Assembly: GCA_023920165.1 (NCBI GenBank)
Contig: CP089275.1
Span: forward strand, 5,456,001 to 5,520,000
Length of the DNA stretch: 64,000 nucleotides
DNA from: Curvularia clavata
Taxonomy: Eukaryota
Direction: 5' to 3'
Position numbers and translations under genes: made by a program. Below are positions 24,050 to 36,360 of the stretch, piece after piece. Every line of letters begins with the position of its first letter. Positions within the stretch are counted from its first letter, which is position 1. Under the pieces are notes generated by a model. The model was given only the letters and a program-made list of their open reading frames with translations. It did not search any database and was not told the DNA's origin.

Positions 24050-27000
24050 CTAAGGGTGGCCATGAGGTTTGCTAGGGCTTGTATCTTGATAGGAACCATT
24101 CTGTTCTGCGGAGCGTCTCTTCTTCGCATTCTCATCGTCTGAGCTAGAGTGGCTGCTGCTTCCGTCTTCGAGTCCAATGCTTCCATCCTTGGATTCTCGG
24201 CGGAGCCTGTCAGCCTTGTCCTTGAGGTACTGAGCCTGCTCAGCCGCTCGCTGCGCACGGATCTGCTTCTTCCACATGGCAGCGTAGTGGCCGTTCCGGT
24301 CGAGTAGCTCTTCGTGGGTTCCGCGTTCCTGGACCTTGCCCTTGTGTAGGACCAGAATCTGGTCAGCGTGGGTGATGGTACTGAGGCGATGAGCAATGAT
24401 GAGCATGGTGCGACCCTTTGCCAAAGTGGTGAAAGCCTCTTGAATGTGCTGCTCGGTTTCAGTGTCGAGAGCGGCTGTTGCCTCGTCGAGCATAATGATT
24501 CGCGGGTTCTTCAAAATGGTACGTGCAATGGCGACACGTTGCTTTTCACCTCCTGAGAGTCGCAAGCCGCGGTCACCAACCTTTGTTTCATACTTGTCCG
24601 GGAAAGTCATGATCTTGTCGTGAATGCTTGCAGCCTTGCATGCTTCGTATACTTGCTCGTCTGTCGCTTTTGGATTGGCGTACTTGAGGTTGTACATGAG
24701 TGTCTCATTGAAGAGAACAGTGTCCTGGGGCACAACACCAATGTGGCTGCGAACCGAGTCAATGGTCAAGTCTTCTACATCATGCCCATCGACTTGGATG
24801 CTGCCAGACATGGTGTTGTAGAAGCGGTAAAGCAGGCGGAAGACGGTAGATTTACCACCACCAGATTCACCAACAAAAGCAGTCGTCGTACCCGGCGCGC
24901 ATTGGAAATCGAGGCCGGTCAATGCTGGTTTGCGTTGATCGTAGGCAAAGTGTACATCATGGAAGCGGAGGTTGCCCTCGCAAGACATCAATGGCTGTGC
25001 GTTCTCCTTGTCGACTACTGTGGGCTGCTCCTTGAACAGCTCGAGCATTCGCTCCGAGTTGATCATGGCAGACTGGATCATCCTGTAGAAAGTACCAAAG
25101 AAGTTGAGGGGACTCTGCAGCTGGCCCATGTAGGTGATTAGCGTTACAAACTTGCCCACCTCGAGCTCAGCAATGGCAACCTGGTAGGCTGCGATGAAGC
25201 ACGTGACGAGTAGGCCAATCATGAAGACCATGTTTTGGGTGATGTTCATAATGTTCAACGACAGCATAACCTTGTACTCTGCGTTCTGGTACTTCCTGAC
25301 GGCTTCGCGGTACCGGTTGAATTCGTAAGCTTCGGCGTTGAAATATTTGACCGTCTCGTATGAGACCATTGAGTCGTTCCTAGGGGCAGTCAGATGATGT
25401 GGGGTCGTGGGGATATACGGGGGGGGGGGGGGGGGTGTAACTTACTTGACTGCGTCCTCTTCTCTGTCCGCATTGACCATTTCGCGACGAATCTCGGCGC
25501 GCCATTGCGCCATGCGGATAGTCAGGTAGATGTACCAGAAGGTGACGATGGCGATGACCAGAGCATAGTAAGCATCGAACCTGATGAGGAAGTAGGCGAT
25601 GGCGACGGTCAGATCAATCAGCATAGGAACAACCGAGAAGGTGACCTGCTCGAGGAAGGTATTGATGGAGCTGCCCTTTCCTAGAGCGGAAAGAACCTCG
25701 CCCGTCTTCTTCCCGAGGTGGAAGTCGAGACTCAAACTGTGCACGTGCTCAAAGGCCGCAACGGACAATTCACGGTACGAGTACTGCGAAACAGGGATCC
25801 ACAAGGCCGATCGCGCAGCACCGAGCAGGCCATTGCTTCCCTGCAAAAACCGAAAGGCAATGTAGATGATGATGGCGGTCCAAGGATTGCCCCTCTTGGG
25901 GTCCTTGAGACGGTCAACAATTTCACCAGTCAGGTCCGGGACGAGGACGTTGACGACGCGCTGGGCGAGGACGAGCAGAAAGCAGGCGATGACGACGAGC
26001 TGCAGCTTGCGGTCTTTGGAGGGCCAGAGGTAGGGGAAGAAGACGTGGTAGCCCTTGATGTACTCCCACCAGCTGCGGGCAGGTGCGCCCGTGGGTCTGC
26101 TCCAGGCGGGCGGAGCGCCTTCTGTGTGCTGGTGCTTGCCACCGACGGGGTGGGTTGAGCCGTAAGAGCCGTTGGTGTGACCATTTTCCGCATGACCATT
26201 CTGATCGGCGCCACCCAACAAGGACGTGCTCTCGGTAGGCGTTCCCGACTCCTGTTGCGCCTTTCGCTTAGGCAGTATGACGAAGAGGACGTAAAAGGCA
26301 ATGAGAGAGAGCAGCAACAGGATGCGCAGCAGGTCCATGACGACCTCGCCGGCTTCCCAGTCGGTCATTCCAAAACGCAGGCGCTTTGGGGGAGGGCCTG
26401 CAGTGGGCTCCTTGTGAGGGTGCGTGTAAATAGCAAAGGAGAGGCCGACGAGGACAATTTCTAGGACGGTTGCGAGGATCCATGTTGCTAGATGGGCCTC
26501 TGTAGGCGAAGGCTTCGAGTCGAGGAGAGAGATGAGGAAGAGGCAGTAGACGAAAAAGGAGCCGACAAGATAGATCTGGAAGTAGTCAGTACCGTGGTCT
26601 AGTATTTTTCCCTTTGCTTTTTCTGATCATAGGGTGGTTGGTTGGTGGAGTTGTGCGTACCACCACAGCTTTGCCGGCCCACCAGTGCTGCTGCTTCTCG
26701 ACCAGGGCATGGGCGACGACGAGGACGGAATTGCCGACAAAGGTGAAGGCGGTGGCGAGAGAGACCCATTCGAAGAGTCTTTTCTGCGTGTGGGTAACGT
26801 CGTCGTGAAGCGTCTTCTTTACAAAATTCCGGGTTGGGTCGGTTGCGGGCAGCGGCTTGCCTCCGGGGCCGGTTGTAGTAGGTTTGGCGATATTAGAATT
26901 AGATTTGGAGACTGCGATGCTGCGGTAGGTAAAGGCGGCGAGGAAGAAGACGAGCATAACGATGGGGTAGGCATATTGCAGGATGGCGATGACGGCGCGG

Positions 27001-27086
27001 ACGGAGCGGGCATAGGCCCAGCGGTCGTCGTCGAGGTCGTCGAAGGCGGATGCATCAGGCGCGTGCATGAGCAATGGTTCGGCCAT
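24050..27086 (-). CDS. HMT1: Heavy-metal tolerance ABC half-transporter (Hmt1/ABCB6 type)
   Basis: N-terminal hydrophobic extension; LSLDFHLGKKTGEV; Walker A GESGGGKS; signature LSGGEKQRVAIAR; LDEATAALD; introns 26576-26660 and 25380-25445. Confidence 0.92.
25419..25435. repeat. G17 homopolymer inside HMT1 intron 2
   Basis: Seventeen consecutive G on the + strand, directly visible. Confidence 0.9.
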
Positions 27087-27159
27087 GGTGTCTGTCTCTA
27101 TCTCTGGCGGTCCGCCTCAGCATGGGCAGCGAGTGCACGACTCTGGGCTGCGCGGCGTG

Positions 27160-27570
27160 TGGGGAACGGGGGGGAACGGAAGAAAAAAGAGAGAAAGAGA
27201 GAGAAGAAGAGCAGCAGTAGCAGCAGCAGCGATGGACGGAGGAGAGGTGCAGGGAGAAACACGGTGACATGGTGCATGCGTTGCTTTCCGTGGTGGGCGA
27301 GAGGCTAGTGGAGTGGTGGCGCGCGTGCAGCTGCGTCAAGCGTGCAGGGATGGCATGGTGATCGATTTCAATCTGGGCCTGGGCTGCCCTGCGCTTCGCT
27401 GCGCTGCGCTGCGCTGCCCGGCCCTGGGCTGCCCCGAGCATGCAGCCTACCACGCCCACGACGCCCACCCGGCCAGCCTGCGACCCGCCAACCACCACGA
27501 CGACCGGCCCTCTAATACCCCCACAGCCCACAGCCCACAGCCCACCGCCCACCGCACCGCACCGCGCCCG
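27160..27570. repeat. Microsatellite-rich HMT1/RTC1 divergent intergenic region: (AGC)n, (GCGCT)n, (CACAGCC)3, (CACCG)3
   Basis: Short tandem repeats visible between the two start codons. Confidence 0.7.
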
Positions 27571-27722
27571 CTGGTAACTGGCAGCCCGCATGCGCGCTGC
27601 TTTTCTGCCGCCGCCGCGCTGCTGCCGCCCTGTCGACGTCTACGCACTCTGCCCTCACCGTCTCGCTCCCAGCCTGGCCTGGCCTGCCCCGACTCGACAA
27701 ACACACTAGCCCGCCTGCCCAG

Positions 27723-30700
27723 ATGGCGGCCGAACACCGTCGCGCGTCAGCCGTCTCGTCGCCCAAGATCCCGCCTGCGCCGCCGCCGCTGCCTCTGCCC
27801 AAGAAGTCACGCTCCTACTTTGAGCGCTTCGTCGCACAGCCATTGACCACGGCCTACTCGTCGCGGCCCCCGACAGTGCAGCCCGACCGCGCCCGTCTCC
27901 CCAACCCTCTTGTGCCCAAAGTTCCCGGGTACGTTGTGTACTGGTCCTGTAGTCTGCTCCCCCCGTAATCGCTTCTTGCCCGCCTCCCATTGGCCCCGCC
28001 CCCTGCCCCCGTCGCGCCTTCCTGTTTCTGGCCCCATGCAGACGCTTGGCCCCCCGCTCCTTCCCTACCATACTACACTACACTACACTACACCATGTAC
28101 CATACATATTCCCCAAACATGCAACTGAGTCCTTCTGCAGCGTCCGCACCCCCTACTCGCAGCATGCAGCCCATAAGACGGGCCTCGACATTTCGGCCCT
28201 CGACGTCAACCGCGAGCGCACCCATGCCGTCCTCGCCGGCAAGGAGATCCTCAAGACGGTCCGCGTCGACGACGCCCGCATCGTCGACGAGACCAATCTG
28301 CGTGCTGCCGTCCTCAACTATGCAGACTCGCAGGCCAGGCAGCGCGAGGGCCTCGGCATCCACGACGTCAAGTGGTCCCACGGCCAATTCAGCTCCCACA
28401 TTGCCACTGCCGCTGCAAACGGCAAGGTCATCCTCTACGACCTCAACCGTGCCAGCGTAGAGCTTACCCGCCTGCACGAGCACACCCGCCAGGTACACAA
28501 GCTTGCCTTTAACCCCCACCAAGGTCACCTGCTGCTCTCCGCCAGCCATGACTCCACCGTCCGCCTGTGGGACTTGCGCGACATGCGCAGAGATGCCACC
28601 ATCTGTCCCAGCAGAGACCAGTACCATGGCATGAACGGCGGCATCCGCGATGTCCAATGGTCACCTACTGACGCTGTAGAATTCGCCTTTGGAACAGACA
28701 ATGGCACCATTCAGCGCTGGGACTTTCGCTACCCAAAGGGCCCCAAACAGAAGATCACAGCCCATGATCAACGCATTTGTACCTCCATTGACTGGCACCC
28801 GGACGGCAAGCACCTCCTCAGCGCCGGCGTCGATCGCACCGTCAAGGTCTGGGACTTTTCCGTCACTGGCCGCCGCCAGAAAGCTGCCCATGTCTTGCAT
28901 ACGCCCTTTCCCGTCTACAAAGCCCGCTGGAGACCGCCGTCCTGGTCCGAAGATCACCACAGCAAAGGCGTCTATCAGTGCACACAGCTCGCCACGTCAT
29001 ATGATCGTGAACACTCTGCCATTCATGTGTGGGACTTTCGTCGCCCCTTTTTGCCTTTTAGGGAGGTTGATTGCTTCACTACTGCCCCATCTGACATGCT
29101 CTGGCACTCACGTGACACCCTCTGGGCTGTTGGCAGGGAAGGCATTTTCCAGCAAAACGACGTCCATCACTCTCCGAAGACGATTGATCGCCGTAACCTG
29201 CAGGCTTTTGCCATATCCCCCACCGGAGAGATCGGTGCCGTCGCGCAGAAGCGCCCGCACCCGCGGTCTTCTGCAGGCCTGCCGTACGTCGATGAGTCCT
29301 ACTTGGGAGATTCGCACGGGAGACGCCACAGCTCCGGGAAAGCCAGCCTCAGGCACTCTGCAGACGACAGTCTGGATGACAGTTTTCTTGCCTCTGCCAT
29401 GAAACGGCATCACGCACGTGCTGCGAGCAACAGGTCTACCAAGTCGTTTAGTACGACTCCACCTTCTGATGTCGGCCCCAAGGTCATGCTCTTGAGTGAC
29501 TCCATGGTTGCACACAGCGACTCGCTCAAACCGAACCAAGTTGCGTTACGAGGCATGCTACCGGGCACAACCAATACCCAGATATTTGCCTATCTGGCTC
29601 AAAAGTATAAAAACATACCACTCCCTGACCCTCCTGACCTAGACTCTTTCTTGCGCATAGAGCGAGTCTTTGAGCAGAACGCAGAATATGCACAGCGCGC
29701 TGCCTTCTACCGCCTGGCCCAGTCCTGGAGAATCATGGGAGTATCCATTGCTGTAGCGACACGGCGCCGCGCAGAGTTGCACAGACAGCAAAGACGGTTG
29801 CACCCGCAAACCCCGGTGCTGCAGCTTCCCGACAAAGCGGACGGAACGTCATCTGCGCCTGCGGAAGCTCACGATAAGCCGCTGGCAGCGTCGGCAAACC
29901 CTGCAGTGCGTGCCATTCTCGGTAACTTGGAGAAGCCACCCCCGCCATCCAAACCACCCGCCGTCATAGAGAGCACTTCAAACATTTCGACTCCTCTTGC
30001 CCGTCCCGTAAGGGCAGGGTTAACAAATGACATGAAACGGCCTGATCTGCTTGATATTGACAAAGAGGACCTGGATCAGCTTCCACCCGCAGTCACTGCA
30101 CCGCCAAGTCAAACGGCTAAGGCGCTTGTGCCTCCGCAAAACCCGTTCAGTAGCCCCCAATGGTACCCCTCTGGTGACGGTCTCGACGAACGTCGTGCCT
30201 TAAGTGGCAGCTACAGGGCGTCGCCTCGGATTCCGCTGAGCCTTACACCGAGCAGCGTACAAGGCATGAACATTAATGCACCTCGCCTACTAGAAAGACA
30301 CGATTCTGGTGAAAGCTTCACTATGTTCTCGGCGTCTTCTGATTCTCAAAAGGGCAATTCAATGCCGAGCTCATTTGCTAGCGGAAACTCACAACCAAAC
30401 CGTGACCAACTGCCGGTAGAAGATTGGCAAGCTATTACCGAGCATTCTAGCTTTGGAAAGACAAGAAACTCCAAAGACGATGACTTGAGTAAAAGCGTAT
30501 CGATATCTCCGACCACTGTTCCTGCTGACGGAAAAGCTTCTCTGGATACATCGGGCTCCACCAACAAAGGACTGAACCAAGCCGATCATTCTGACAACGG
30601 GGAAAGGGCCGTCCGTGACATGGAGCATTTGCGTCGGAACAACCAACTGCTTCGCCAGGACAGTTCCGATTCCGAGGCACTTACCAGCATCTACTCGTCT

Positions 30701-31933
30701 TCATTTGACTACAATATAGACATGGAGGCTAGTGGAACAATTGTGCCTGATACATCAGACGATACTAGGCCAGTTCAAGCTCCAAAGCCGCCTGCACCAT
30801 TGACGCATGCATCCAGAAGTGCGCCTCCGGTGCTTGATCCGATGACGGAGGATGGGCTACTACTATCCGATTTCATGGCTATGCATGTCGATGCCGAAGC
30901 GGGTTCGCCATACTCTGTAGTTGGCCTACTAAACAGCATACTTGCATATCACACCAAAGCACTAGATGCACAATTTCCTTCGGTTCTCCTTCTACTTCTC
31001 CAACCGCTTCTTCCACAGACACACAGTCCAACTGACGACCCAAGTGCCAACGTTGCCAATGTTCTCAACGCTTTTTCAGATACATTTGTCTCACTTGGGC
31101 TAAGTCCAACTCAAGCCAAGGCCATTCTCTCAACCCAACTGAGCCAGCTCATAGCTACAGGAATCAATCCCTATCAAGCAGAGTCTATACTCCAAACCTA
31201 CCACGCGCAGTTACACTCCTTGTCCCTGTTCAATGCGGCCGCCACTTTACGTCGGCTCGCATACCCGACCTATCCTGCCGTGTACGAGCAAGCACTCAAA
31301 GAAACCCAACTCGGATTGCTGTGTCTCAGCTGCCAGTCACCAATCAACAATCCCAAAGATAAGATGCGGTGCGAGTCGTGCAAGCGAACACAGGCTCCAT
31401 GCCCAATCTGCTGGGCCAAGTACCCGGCTTTCGAGCCGCTTACCGCAAAAAAGTCCAAGTCCAAGTCACGTCCCGGCTTCAAGGACCGCGGACACAGGAG
31501 GCAGCGATCCTCTCTCACTTTGGGACAAGACCTTGAAGGCGATCGCGATGCTGACAGGCCATCGCCGTCCGTCCCGGCCGAATGGTCTGCGTCTACGGCT
31601 ACGTTGTGGACGTGGTGCCCGCTTTGTGGGCACGGCGGACACTCGAATTGCCTCTCGACATGGTTTGCAGACCCGGTTTTGTCAGAAGGTGCATGTCCAA
31701 CCGAAGGCTGTCTTTGCGACTGCGTCCAGGGTAGTCGGCGCGACGCAAAGATTGAGGAAATGCTTCTTAGAAAGCAAGAAAAGGACCGATCCAAGCTGGT
31801 CCGCAAAGGTGATGATTGGAGGGTGAAGGAGAGTAGAGCCGTCACGGCCGTCCGGAACGCGGCTCTTGACACCATTCCAGATCATCCTCAGCATTCTGGC
31901 TCCGGGACCACGACGCCAACTCGCAGACAATAA
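27723..31933 (+). CDS. RTC1: SEA/GATOR2 complex WD40 + RING protein Rtc1/Sea2 (WDR24 ortholog)
   Basis: Exon 1 27723-27928; intron 27929-28140 restores frame (PG|VRTPYS). WD40 repeats (LLSASHDSTVRLWD, IRDVQWSP, DWHPDGKHLLSAG, VWDFRRPFLP); C-terminal CPIC...CPLCGHGGHSNC...CPTEGCLCDC RING. Confidence 0.88.
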
Positions 31934-34900
31934 AATATACCATGAGTCGTTGGTATAAATGCCGCATATTCCATCCAATTGGAAACACTACGTGGCTTTA
32001 CGAGTGCCGGCCCGTTTCTTGCTCAGGCCTGCAACGGATACATTATTGCAGCGGCTCTTGCCGCTCCACACGAAGCGATTTTTTTTCTTCACCTCATTCC
32101 TGGGCTTTTTAGGGCGGTCTGACATCATATCCTGGTACAAAGATGCAGCATCAAGATTCGCTACAACGGAGCATGTTTACGATGCTGTCTGCAATATGCA
32201 TAATCACACCGCCTGTATGCGCGCCAAGGCATGCAGCACGCACCCGCTTCCCCGGGGCGTGTCTGTGTATGCTTGTGGGTCTGCCACGTGTTTGGAGTAG
32301 CTAGCGGATATGACTGGGCGTGCCGTCAGTATTTTCGCTAGAAGTGCTTGTTCGGGCTTGTATGTACCACGGGTAATAATTGTGAGAAAATATTACTGCG
32401 ATTTGTCGTTTTCTTGGCAGTCCGGCCCAAGACTGTGGTATGCCTAAATTTGCGCCATGGACAAGGTATGCAACCAATGGCCGCAGTTTAAGAAATATAT
32501 ATATTTTCCGTATCTTTGGGTCCACGGCTATTTGGTGTCGGGTATTTACGTCTAGGTGTGGTGACAAGTATGCGGATATATCTCGCATCATTGTAACCCT
32601 ACCATTTTGATATCGCCATTCACACGTCGCTTGCATGTGGCCACTCGGGACGGTACTCGTGCCGCCGTCGGGGACGAGATGCCGTGGTGATGCTCAACAG
32701 ATTAGTAATGGAGATGATTGGTAAGAGTGGAATAGTTAAGTGGAACAAACAATATTCTACGAAGATGTATCTGCACGTTGGTCAAGTTGTGTAACCGAAT
32801 GGAGATGTCGAATCTGAACTCAGTTACTGTAGACACACTCTCGCGCGATCAGACCTATAGACCAGATCAGATCAGAATAGTGCGTACTGTGTATACCTCT
32901 CCCTTGATTCCACATTTCCATATGCCATCTTTTGTTCCCTTCACAATTACCAATACCATTTGTATAAAATCCTAAAAACAGATCCAACCATGTATAAAAA
33001 AATTTCGCTAAATCATGCTCTTACCAAGCCCCTCTCCCTCCCCCGCCTCCCCACCACCACCACCATCATCATCACACTCCGCTAACAATACCAGCATCAC
33101 TACCATCAGCATTGCCACTATCATCATAATCCCCCTTGCCCCATCCCCTCCCCGTATACCCTCGTCAGCCATCTCGCATCCACATCGGTACCCAACTGTA
33201 AGTGTATTATGTATCGTAGACGATCTTCATCGGTCGCTCGGACGGTCGGTCGGTCGGGGAATCCTACGCGCGATCGGTGTGCGAGATGCACATCTACCGG
33301 GGTATCAAAGTCTTGTCTTTTGCCTGTCTCTGCCTGGCTGCAAGAACGAAATATAGGTTAGGTTTTTACACAAACGAGAAAGATGGTGGGGCATTGGGTG
33401 TCCGCTTGATTTTTCGGGGTAATCCGTGTAGAGTGTCGTTTTGTGATGGGGAGGGGGAAAAGGCAAAGTGGTGCAGGGGAGGGGGAGGGGAGCAGTGTTA
33501 GCTTGTCTTAGAGATGTGTATACAACCTGCATCTGCATGGACGAGATGGGAGGAAGATCAAGGTACGTATGCTAACCTGTAATGGGATTGTCGTTCTTCA
33601 TGATGAGGAAGGGAAAGGAAGGGAACACTGCCTCTGTGTTTGAATCCATTACTATTCCTATGCCTACTCTCACGAGAAAGGTACATTGGGGAGATAATAC
33701 ATTGTTCAATCCCCCTCCTCCCCCCGCACACGTACGGATGCATCCCTCCCGAAGTCTCTATCTACCTCCCCTACCTATGCCGCTCTCATACCAAGACCGA
33801 GATACATATCTACCCCCCTCAGCCGAGCCTAGCCCAGGTACATCCATCCCCAAGCGCCCGTGTTCTAGGCCCGCTCGTCAATGGTTACACAGCATCTTGC
33901 ACGCATGTATGTAGGCGAGAAGGACGCACTGGCGTAAGCGACGGGTGCTTGTTAAGGGGGAGGAGGGGTAAGATGGGTCAAGGGGGGGTGGATGGAGGAG
34001 AGACAAGGAGGGGTCAAACGGTATGTAAGTAGTAAGCGAGTTAGGCGAGGGGTGTGCTAGATCTACATACACCTACCTGACGACTAGGTACCTACGAGAA
34101 AAGAAAAGAAAAAGGGTAAGGGAGAGGGGAGAGTGACGAACGGTATGTCTAATGCACGGTGGAGTATAGCTGTGCACAGAAAGAGATGCGTCGTTGGTCC
34201 ATGACTTTGCCGCACACACACAGAGAGCGAGAAGGACTCTCTATCGCCAGCTCGACACATAGCTCCTCAAGTATTATTGTGCAAAAGGTAAATCTCACAG
34301 TCAGCGAACAATCATCACAGCGCCACGTAATGCCTTTGCAAGCACATTCTTCCCTTTCGCTGGCGAGAGCATTCATACATCGGTGTCGTTGCTGTACACC
34401 TACGTCTTTTCTTGCCAATCGTTGGGGTACAGGTGGTGGTGTCCTTGTCTTGTCTCGCGTTGGTCAACAATACTTGGTCAGCAAGCTGAAAAATTACGAG
34501 ATTCGAGGGGTCTGGATGGCGCGGTTGAATGCGAGGGGGTGCGGGTGATGGATGGGTAGAGAGGGTTGTTAGTGGGTGAGAGAAGGTTGGTCGGACACTA
34601 TGAGCACTTCGCCTAATGTAGCGACAAATTCAGAGTTCAACTTTGACAAAATTCCACGGCCAAGGTCACACAAACAAGCACAGAAGACAATGTCACAACA
34701 GACAAAAGACGAGATTCATAGCTGCATTCATCATAACAGGATTTTATGAATTCGATGGTCCTCGTATCTCAACCGGTTCCCCATTCCTCGTGACATTCGT
34801 CGGACACAGGAAAACGAGGCCTTGACCTAAAATGCATGCCTGCCTCCGTCTTGGAAAGAAGATCTAAACACGCCCGAATTCCTGCTCCTTGCGTCAGCCC

Positions 34901-34969
34901 GCTGCCAACAAGTGTCAACCTTTGTTGTGACCGGTGCCCATACCTCCACCCATTCCCAAAAAGAACCAT

Positions 34970-35397
34970 TTATCGGGACGCGCTCCAGACGGACTTGAGG
35001 AAGCCGTCCTTCTGTGTGAGCCTGTTAAGGCTGTCGTCGGACTCGCCCATGGCGCGGACGAAGCCAGAGATGGCGTAGACCTGGTTGTCGCCGGTGTAAC
35101 GGCCGTTCTCGTCAACCTTGCCGATGCTCAGCTGGACAGAGGCGTGGTCCTTGGCCCTGATGATGCGTCCGGTAGCCGACTTGATAGCTATGTTAGTATC
35201 GCCCATCCGCACTTAGGTATTTTGTTTTCCATTGGGCACTCACGCATTTGCGGGGGACGTAGACTGTAGATGCGTTAGCGAGCGTTTCCTGAGTCTTGTG
35301 TGCGCCTCTGCCGGGGGCGTCGAAAACGCGGCCAGCGGGCACAGAGGGGAGAGTGAGGGCGCTTACGGTCGACAAGCTCGCCGCGTTCGTTCTCCAT
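34970..35397 (-). CDS. RPS21: 40S ribosomal protein S21 (eS21)
   Basis: Exons 35367-35397, 35244-35263, 34970-35179 give [45 protein letters not shown]...[10 protein letters not shown]. Confidence 0.97.
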
Positions 35398-36254
35398 TTT
35401 GTCTGATGTGAAGTGAGGGCCGGGTGTTGGGTGTGGGGCTTGGTTGTGTCGATGTCGTCGGCGGGCTGTGGTGGTTGAACTGAATTTCGACCTTCGATTA
35501 TTGAATGCGCGCTAGCCGGATATGGGTTAGCGTGAGTTTTATGCTCTACTGTTTGCATTCACCACGCAGTCTATAGATGGAATAGAGAGTTATAGAGAGA
35601 TATCAAGGTTTGTACTAGAGAAATTGAAGTGATGGGCTTGTTTTCAATTGACGGTTGTGTCTGTTGTTCTAGATCTGGCTAAAGACGCTGGCTCGCTAGA
35701 TATCTTGAGCGCACAATGCAATACGGGCTGAGGCACAACTGGAAACGAATAGAAATCTGTAAATGTCTATTCCTTGTCACTTAGAATATCGAATCCTGGC
35801 CAGGGATGGTGGTATGTTATGCTAGACACATATTGTTTCTCGTAGCAATTGGTAGAGACAAGGTTACGACGAGGACAACACACTTTCTTGAAAACGGATC
35901 TGCTTGTATATCCATTATATGGGCCGTTCTGTTCGAAGAACGAGAATGTCGGTGCAAGTTCAATTATAGTTGTAGAAATAGAGCTACTCTGCGTACGACT
36001 TGAGAGCCCACATATATCAACGGAACGTATTTATACTTGTTATAAAGTAGATACATCGCAGATTGGCAGAACGTGTATCATCAATCTTGGATACAAGCAA
36101 AAAGACTGTCCCCTTGTCTGAGTTAACGGGAAGGGCAAAAAAGACCTTGGGTGATCGAGTCACGTGACACACACATTCTCCCTTGACCCGTGATACACCA
36201 CCACACTCTCACACAACCCATCTCAGACTACCCAGGACCCTGCGGAAGCAAAAA

Positions 36255-36360
36255 TGCATCGGCCGGGAATCGAACCCGGGGCTAGCCGAAACTGTCTTAC
36301 TGTTCTTTGGATTGAACAGCTAGATGGCAACGGCTAATTTTACCACTAAACCACCGATGC
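36255..36360 (-). tRNA. tRNA-Gly(GCC) with ~35-nt intron
   Basis: GCATCGG TGGTTTAGTGGTAAAA TTAGCCG TT GCC A [intron] TCGGCTAG CCCCGG GTTCGATTC CCGG CCGATGC A; acceptor stem pairs, A and B boxes present, oligo-T terminator immediately downstream. Confidence 0.95.

Noticed and set aside
33015..33356. 113-aa Pro/Ser-rich ORF
   Set aside because: Product of low-complexity C-rich sequence; no supporting features.
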